Source: the human T2T-CHM13v2.0 reference genome, Homo sapiens. Taken from it: a stretch of 64,000 nucleotides of DNA. Below the pieces are notes generated by a model. It was given only the letters and a program-made list of their open reading frames with translations, searched no databases and was not told the origin of the DNA. Each line of letters starts with the position of its first letter. The stretch's first letter is position 1. Where the stretch lies: the NCBI RefSeq assembly GCF_009914755.1, contig NC_060947.1, one strand, 5' to 3'. Shown here in pieces: positions 49,674 to 64,000 of this stretch. Position numbers and translations under genes: made by a program.

Positions 49674-51058
49674 TAACTATATCACTTCTGTGGTCAAGAC
49701 TCAGGGGACCCAGAGCCATCTCTGGAGCTTGTGGCCAGGTGTAAACCCACAACTCAACATTTTAATATAGATGAATAGATACATCAAGCTGAACAGGAAG
49801 GGCAGCCTTCTATAGAAAAGAAATCACTAGAATATAAATAGCAGGAGGAGCACAAGCAGAACAAGCAACCAACTTCTGCCTGAACTCTTCAGAGTTAGCG
49901 TTCCCTTTTCAGGACCTGCTTCCCACCCATATCTGTAACACCCATGTTTGGAATTCGCCCCTGCAGCTGCAGCAATGGGACCAGGGGTGCATACCAACCT
50001 AGAGCCAATCTGTTATTGACTGGCCAGCAATGTATATGATTATCTCCCTTGAGAGTCTGAGACTGTAGCATGCCCTTGGACAGAAAGGCCATGAGGAATC
50101 AGGGTGGGATAGCTGTTGTCAACCATGTAAATGCTGATGAGTAAGTAGAGAGCTGGTTTGCAAAAATAAGTAGTGATGAGAATTCATGGGGACAGGTGAA
50201 AAAGAGATGGGGCAGAAAAGAAAGAAAGAATAAGAGAGAAAGAAAAAGGATGAGACAGCACTAGTATTAGCTCTGTTCATTAGCTTTCTAGTCCCCAGTT
50301 CTTAACATTTGATTTAATTTTCTTTTTGTAATTTTGTTTTTGGTCAAGAGTGATGGTAGGATGGGAATGAACAGAAAAGGGACTTTATCTTCACTTTTAA
50401 GGGTCCCTGAAAAGATCACTCTTGGATATAGGTTTTATTGTAGATTTGAGCTTTTCTCATTAATGAATACTTCAAAACAGTGAGAGTTTCAGAGGTTGTT
50501 TCTCTAGAATTAGTTTTGTTATATTGTTTGTTCATTAAGAGGAATAGCATCACTGTGGGACAGAGCTCCCATAGGCATCAGAAGGCCGAGGCAGATACTT
50601 ATTTCAGATGAATTAGAGAGGAACAAACTTAAGGCAGGAGGAGGCACTGGGAAACACAGGATGTGGATTTTTCCAGTCCCTGCTCAGCCACTCTCATCGT
50701 GACCACAGATTCATCCCTTCACCTCTCTGGATCTCTGCCTCCTCTGCTACACTAAGTAGTGGTCATAGTTATATATTTATATCTGGTCACAGATGTTTTA
50801 TAATCATAGACCATAGATTATAAATATAATAATAGATTATAAAATATCGAATGAGGGTCTTATCCAAAAACATCTTCACATAAAACTTTCATCTCACTCT
50901 GAAGGAGAAAAAGTGTGCACTGGGTAAAGACTCTATTGCCTAAGATCTGGAACTTAAATTTGCAGTAATTTCTAATACTTAAGCACATGTACTTTTCTTC
51001 CCGATTGTGCAATAAAGGACGGGAAGTAAAAAGGGGAACATTCTTTATGTTCAAATTA

Positions 51059-53304
<2,246 letters not shown>

Positions 53305-53310
<6 letters not shown>

Positions 53311-53311
53311 A

Positions 53312-53367
<56 letters not shown>
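53305..53367 (+). repeat. (GAAA)n Alu-tail microsatellite next to the RP2 CpG island
   Basis: Direct reading. Confidence 0.95.
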
Positions 53368-53668
53368 GCACAGAAGAGGATTGGGAGGTTATGGGGTACA
53401 ATTCTTGAGGGGGTGACCCTGGCCAGGCGATGAGAGGGCGGTAGGAAGGGTGATGAGGGGAGAAGAGGATTTAGAAATACAAATTTCAGGGTCTTCTTGT
53501 GTCAGCGGGAATTTCTGTCCCTCACAACTTTCATCATAAGATAAATCTAATGTTCAACTAGAGATCTCTCCCGCGCCTTGAACTTGCAAATTTATGAATC
53601 AGGGGCAAAAAAAACCCGGATACCGAGCCTGGCCTCCCACCAGCTAGAGAACCCACCAAGTTCCAGGA

Positions 53669-53747
53669 GGGGCGGGGCCGAGGGCGGTCCGTGCCACAGC
53701 TGTGGGCGGGGTTGTCCGTGCTTGCGCCAGAGCCGGCCCGCCCCGCC
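53669..53747. promoter_or_regulatory. Sp/KLF GC-box cluster
   Basis: GGGGCGGGGC at 53669-53678, GGGCGGGG near 53704, CCCGCCCCGCC near 53737. Confidence 0.7.
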
Positions 53748-53777
53748 GCCAGGGGCTGTCGCAGGAGCCAGGCGTGG

Positions 53778-53870
53778 ATTGGTATGTGGGTATGTCGGCC
53801 TCTCTTCATAGGCCGCGCAGGATTGCTCGAGAGGCTTTGATTGGCTCAACAGGCGCTGAGCGTTCATTGG
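53778..53870 (-). promoter_or_regulatory. Three inverted CCAAT (NF-Y) boxes
   Basis: ATTGG at 53778-53782, 53840-53844 (tgATTGGct) and 53866-53870 (cATTGGct), upstream of exon 1. Confidence 0.7.
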
Positions 53871-54036
53871 CTGCGCTGGGTCGTCAGGGCGACGAAAAAG
53901 GGGAAGGGGTGCTGGGCCTGGCGGGCAAACTAAGGCTGCGGACCGTTGGGCGGTTCCGCGGGGCGTTGTCCGGAGAGCTGCGAGGCCGGGGTTCCCAGGG
54001 TTCACGCCACACTCTAGGAAGTGCCTGAGCTAGTGA

Positions 54037-54183
<147 letters not shown>

Positions 54184-56234
54184 TAGCCGCCGTCTCAGCC
54201 TCCCTGAGCCGCTCCGCCAGGTCCCTTACGGCCCGGGACCGCTGAGGGGGCCGACCCAACTGCTGCCGCACTCTCTTGAACGCGGATAGCTGAAGTCGGG
54301 GTGCACGACTTTTTTGGGGAGCGGGGACGTGAAGTACAGCGCTAGAGAGGCCGCCCAGAGGGCTGTGGAGCTCCGGAAGGAGCCTTAGGAGTTTGTTGTC
54401 GTGGTAGACAGACTCCCCCGGGAGCTTTCTCTGACTCCGAACCCTGCCTTGCTCTGACTTCCTGTTGGAGATGATCGATTCGAGAGAGGGAAAGAGCCGA
54501 GAACGCCCTGAATCTCAAATCACCTCGTTTCACCCACCGGCAGCGTCAAGCGGGGTTTTGTCCAGTCGTCGAGTTACGTATATGGGACCGATTCTCATCT
54601 CTTCCGGGGCTTAATGTTCTGTGGCTGTTTTCTCTTTTGTCTGCCCTCCCCGGCAAATCTCTTTGGTGCCTCATGATATATTTCACTGCTGAATTTTCTC
54701 AATTACCAAGTGGACTGTTTAATGTACAGCTTTACTCCCCCTCCTCTTCCAGTTATCCGAAAGAAATAATGAATATCGCATCAGTCTTGGAATGTGTATT
54801 AAGACTGTAAGGTGAAAATAAGCGGCATAAACCAGGCAGTATTTTACTGCTGGTTTAAATGAATGAAAACGCCCTTATTTTTATTTTTGTATATAGCCAG
54901 AAACGAAAAACCTTTGAAAACCTCCATTAGTCTTACACAAAACACACTCGGTCATACATTTCATAATAGTTCCTCTTTCTACATAGTTCTCCATTTGTGC
55001 TTACTAAACTACTTTGATGGACTTATCAATTATTTCTCCCAAACAAAATGAGAGATTTTTCAAATGGGTATTATGAACAGTTAACTCTTTGCTTAAGGCA
55101 ACATATCTTTACCCAAGATTACTTTATAATAAATGTATTAACGTTTTGGAATCACAGACCTTTCTGCATGATTTCCAATCCCCAGCAGAATGTATTCAGG
55201 TAAGCTCTGGTCTCTAAGAGTCAGAGTTAGGAAATTGAAAGCTTTTTGCAGCTTTTCTCAGCCCCGTCTTTCTGCCCCTACTTCTCATACACACCCTTCT
55301 TGGGTCACATGGTACCTTTATTCTCTGTTAGTCATACTCGATAGTAGCATTTTATAATGTAGGGGAAGAAAGTACTATGCTTTCTATTTCACAAGAAGAT
55401 TGCACCTGCCATTTAAAGTTATCTGATGGGCGGTTTTTAAAAGATATTGTTTTCCTCAGCCTTTGGCTTTCTAACAATGTTCTTTTAGCTTGAATTGTCT
55501 GCCTTAGAGAAAGTTGCATATTTCATTTTTATTTTAGTTTTTTCTTTTGAACTCAGGCTAAATCTAAACTAAATAAAATGCCTTTTTTATTTATAGTAGT
55601 CTTGGCTGCCTATGACTCATCGTTTCACAATAAATTGTTTTACAGTTAATGTTTATTAACATAATATTCAGGTTAGTTAGGACTTCTCATGTTAATCCTT
55701 CTTTTAGATAAGTGTGTGTGTCCTGTGATTTTTTTTCTTCTTTTGCCCATTGGCTAAGTAAATGCATTGAGAAATATAACATTGGACACCAACATCTAAG
55801 CTTTTTCCCCACAAATGAGTGTGTAATAAACTTTCAATTGTAGAAACTGTTTTGAGCTTACAGAGAACCTTTTTTTTTGAGAACACTACTAAGTTCTGTA
55901 GTTGTAGAGTTGTAAGAGATGTTATTGGATATATAAAATAAGCTCATGCTTCTGAGTGTGTGTATAATAAAAGTTAAAATCTTGATCAACTCAGCCAATC
56001 AAAATGAGAATTTCTAACCAAATGAGCATTCTGAAAAAAACCCCAGTTTTAAAATATTTTGGACTGTTGAAGAGAATTACCAGCTTACATTTTGAGACAA
56101 TGCAGATACCACATTTCCCAACATAGCTTTTTCTTTTTAGTTTTTTTTTCTTTTGGAATTACTAGGAATTCTTTCTAAGTTGCCTCATTTTGATAGCTTG
56201 TTAAATTTTATACAATTTAAAATATTTTTTTCTA

Positions 56235-56408
<174 letters not shown>

Positions 56409-56872
56409 TCAGTAGGCTGAGGTGGGAGGATCACCTGAGCCTGGGACTTAGAGGCTGCAATGAGTCATGATCGGGCCACTGCCCTCCAGCTTGGGCAACA
56501 GAGTGAGACCCTGTTTCCAAAAAAAAAAAATAAATAAATAAAATATTTTTTCCTAGTTCCTTGCCTCCCGTGAGGTTAATTTGGGCTAGTGTGCAAATGT
56601 TCTGTATTAGTCCAATGATACGTTTACTGAGCATGGCCTTGCTTGCTCCTAGAAGATTTCAGTTGTACCTTAAAAGGAACAGATTGCAAATACAGCCCAG
56701 AGAACATAAATGAGATATGATGCATGCATATTAATAGAAATGATTTATATTAAAAGTTTAGGCTTCTGGAATGTGGTTATGGATTATAGCATATACAGTT
56801 TTAAAGTTATATCAGACAATTACCATTCAACTTGTAAGACTTTTACATGTAAAAACAAAATGGGTTGCCTGA

Positions 56873-57393
<521 letters not shown>

Positions 57394-58285
57394 TAGTCAA
57401 CAGTGTAAGAAGCTCATTTTCTATTGCTACTGACTTTGAAAAAGAAAAAAGATTACAATTCTTACACTGATGTGATGAGAAATATTTTTGGATTGTAAGA
57501 CTTGTGTTTAAATTATTTCAAAAGAAATGTTTTTATCCTTATCTGTATGCTGCCACCCATAGGTAGGCAAATTATTCAGTATGTATGTACTCAAACACCA
57601 AGTAAGTCTCAAAATTATAAGACTTATCCCTGCCCTAAAAGAGTTTACTGGCTTTCTGGAGTTAAAACAGGAAACATTTAAGTACATATGAGGTGAGGAA
57701 GAGTGATACGGAAAAGTAGTTTTCATCTTCCAGTATTCATGCCCATACTTTTCCTCCTAGATAATAGAAATGAGGATTAACTCTAAACAATTATGGCTTA
57801 AGTGTGAAAATTGTGATTTGAGTAAGGACAACACATGTGTCTGTTATATTTGTCTCATATTCAATAGAAATAATACTAAACAAAAATCTTATACCAGAAA
57901 TTCGAGTATCTATTGTGTAACTTTGGGTAAAGCAGCCAATTTGTGCACTTCAGGTTCCTCAGCTATATAGTAGGACAATGCTAAAGATTTCTCTACTGTT
58001 TAGTAAGGTAAAGGCCTGTCCTGAAGAAGAGGTTTAGACAGTAATGGTCACCTCTGAGGAAAGAACTTAAACCAGAGGTTGGGCATGACAGAACTGGTTT
58101 TAACATAAGGCAGATCATAATTCCCAGGATTGGTCATCAGTGGAAGGGGTGGCTTCGTTGAGGACCTGATCTCCATGTTAGTCAAAATTGTCAGACAGTT
58201 AGGGTGGTAATCTGCTAGAAAGAAGTGTCTGCACTAAGTAGGAGGAGGCTAGATACTGTTTTTAGCCTTCTTTTAAGTATGAAAA

Positions 58286-58760
58286 GTATTCTAGTTACCC
58301 ATTGCTGTGTACCAAACCACCCTAAAACTTAATGGTTTAAAATAATGGCAGATATTTTGTTCATAACTCTTTAATTTGCATAAGGTTAAGCAGGGTTGAC
58401 TCTGCTCAATGTGGCATCAACCGTGACAGCTTTCAAGATGGCTTGACCACATAGCTGGCTGGCAAGTTGATGCTGGCTTTGGGCTGGGAGCTCAGCTGGG
58501 GCCTCTCCATGTATTCCTGGCTTCCTTACAGTGTGATGGCAGGGTTCCAAGGGCAAGCATCCTAAGAGAGACTGGCAGAAGCTGCATGGTTTTTTTCTAA
58601 CTAGCTTATTAAGTGAATTCTTAAGTCACTTAATTAGACTTAATTTGGATGTGGCAGGAGTAATGCTGAGGCAGTCACAAATGCCCACCCAGTTCCAAGA
58701 GGAGGTGACCTCTCAATGGGAGGAGTGTCAAAGAATTTGCCAGTAGGTTTTAAATCCTCT
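58286..58760 (-). mobile_element. Old MLT1 LTR
   Basis: ctagttacccattgctgtgtaccaaaccaccctaaaacttaatgg...ggctgggagctcagctgggg. Confidence 0.75.
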
Positions 58761-58799
58761 ATATAAAGTTGTTTAAAGGATATAACTAGTTCTTTGTTT

Positions 58800-60365
<1,566 letters not shown>

Positions 60366-60746
60366 CCCATATAAAATTTTGATAAAGGTAAAAAGCATAG
60401 AGAGTGAAAAGTATATGGGGCTGGAATTTTAATTTGTATTCTGCACCTAACTACACCTCACTGGTAAACTAATTTAGCTTTTAGCCCTCAGTTTCCTAAG
60501 ATCCCTTCCAGTTCTTGAATTCTTTGAGCAGCCCATGAGGGGAGGTAAGCATTGCTAGAAACATTCAGGCAAATCTGGATGAACAAAGGGAATGTGATAG
60601 GATGTAAAAATAGATTCAGATTAGATTAGATGATATGGGGAATCTTTTCAATCCTAAAATTTCATAATTCTATTTTGTTGTTATATATTTCACAAAATGG
60701 TAAGCTAATATAAATGTAGTACTTCAGTTTCTCGAATCATCAATAG

Positions 60747-60987
<241 letters not shown>

Positions 60988-61170
60988 TAGAAGTTTTAAG
61001 AATGAAGCATCAAAAAAGAAAAGGTATCAGAAAGCTGAAATAGCAAGGTCGTGGTTAAGATCATTAGATACATAGGATATGAGTTGAATTTTTCATAGCC
61101 CCTTTTATTAAAACAATCATTTAAAAAATATATTTTTGACCCTGGTACTCTACAAAGCTTAGTACATTTT

Positions 61171-62002
61171 TTTTATTTAAAAAAATTTTTTTATTATACT
61201 TTAAGTTGTAGGGTACATATGCACAACGTGCAGGTTTGTTACATATGTATGCATGTGCCATGTTGGTGTGCTGTACCCATTAACTTGTCATTTACATTAG
61301 GTATATCTCCTAATGCTATCCCTCCCCCCTCCCCCAACCCCACGACAGGCCCCGGTGTGTGATGTTCCCCTTCCTGTGTCCAAGTGTTCTCATTGTTCAA
61401 TTCCCACCTATGAGTGAGAACATGCAGTGTTTGGTTTTTTGTCCTTGCTATAGTTTGCTGAGAATTATGGTTTCCAGCTTCATCCATGTCCCTACAAAGG
61501 ACATGAACTCATTCTTTTTTATGGCTGCATAGTATTCCATGGTGTTTATGTGCCACATTTTCTTAATCCAGTCTATCATTGATGGACATTTGGGTTGGTT
61601 CCAAGTCTTTCCTATTGTGAATAGTGCCGCAATAAACATACATGTGCATGTGTCTTTATAGCAGCATGATTTATAATCCTTTGGGTATATACCCAGTAAT
61701 GGGATGGCTGGGTCAAATGGTATTTCTAGTTCTAGATCCTTGAGGAATCGCCACACCGTCTTCCACAATGGTTGAACTAGTTTACAGTCTCACCAACAGT
61801 GTAAAAGTGTTCCTATTTCTCCACCTCCTCTCCAGCACCTGTTGTTTCCTGACTTTTTAATGATCGCCATTCTAACTGGTGTGAGATGGTTATCTCACTG
61901 TGGTTTTGATTTGCATTTCTCTGATGGCCAGGGATGATGAATATTTTTTCATGTGTCTGTTGGCTTGCATAAATGTCTTCTTTTGAGAAGTGTCTGTTCA
62001 TA
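61171..62002 (-). mobile_element. 5'-truncated primate L1PA (~830 bp), antisense in RP2 intron 1
   Basis: L1PA 3' UTR (ttattatactttaag...gtgcaggtttgttacatatg). ORF2 C-terminus WRFLKDLELEIPFDPAIPLLGIYPKD. TSD aaagcttagtacatttt at 61154 and 62003. Confidence 0.93.
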
Positions 62003-62434
62003 AAAGCTTAGTACATTTTTTACTTGTATAAATTCCAAATAGGCTAAAAGCCTACTGACAGTATTGACAGTAGCAATGATGATGTAGGTGTCACTTGGGT
62101 TAAGTCACAGGAAAACTCAAACCATAGTGTCACAGAGGCTACCCTTTAGCTTTGCATGCCCAGAACACAATTTAATAGCAAAGATAGTGGATCTGTCTTC
62201 TGGGAGGTGTGTATATTGACTAAGATCATAAGTTTTATATTATTATTGAGAGAAACTATTTGTCCTGTTCATTTTCTTATTATGTTTCAAAGTCATTGAG
62301 ATTAAGAATTTATATTTCAGCACTATTAGTTCTATAATTATGTGGCACTAATGTTTTCATTTGTGAAATAACCTCTCAGCTACATAGCTATCTAGCCCTG
62401 AAGCTGACTTAACAATGTTTAAACTTTAAGTATT

Positions 62435-63856
<1,422 letters not shown>

Positions 63857-64000
63857 TAGGACTACACTACATGTGTCTGCCACCACACTCGGCTAATATT
63901 TTTATTTTTTGTAGAGACAAGGTCTGGCTGTGTTGCTCAGGCTGGTCTGAAACTCCTGGCTTCAAGCGATCGTCCCACCTTGGCCTCCCAAAGTGCTGGC

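Overview
This is human (primate) genomic DNA: about 53.5 kb of repeat-rich intergenic sequence, then the CpG-island promoter, first coding exon and first ~10 kb of intron 1 of RP2 (retinitis pigmentosa 2, X-linked; + strand). RP2 exon 1 encodes [34 protein letters not shown] at 54067-54168 and ends at a GT donor. It is the only host coding sequence I can support. The remaining ORFs in the track are Alu, L1 or simple-repeat translations or short unsupported ORFs. By manual count there are about 70 Alu elements or fragments, plus many old L1M/L1P pieces, solo MaLR LTRs (two with intact 5-bp TSDs), L2, MIR, MER5 and microsatellites. I found no new protein-coding system. The most unusual signals are: (1) a 56-bp tail-less double-hairpin insertion flanked by a 15-bp TSD, apparently a retroposed ERV LTR leader RNA (43679-43734); (2) a 28-bp-spaced inverted Alu pair sharing several non-consensus bases; (3) palindromic templated-insertion scars at 60747 and 17794; (4) a twin-primed inverted L1MA; (5) an internally deleted L1; (6) a strong CTCF motif; and (7) the probable empty target site of the disease-causing L1RP insertion. 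Repeat subfamily names come from recalled consensus sequences, and repeat boundaries are approximate unless a TSD is given.
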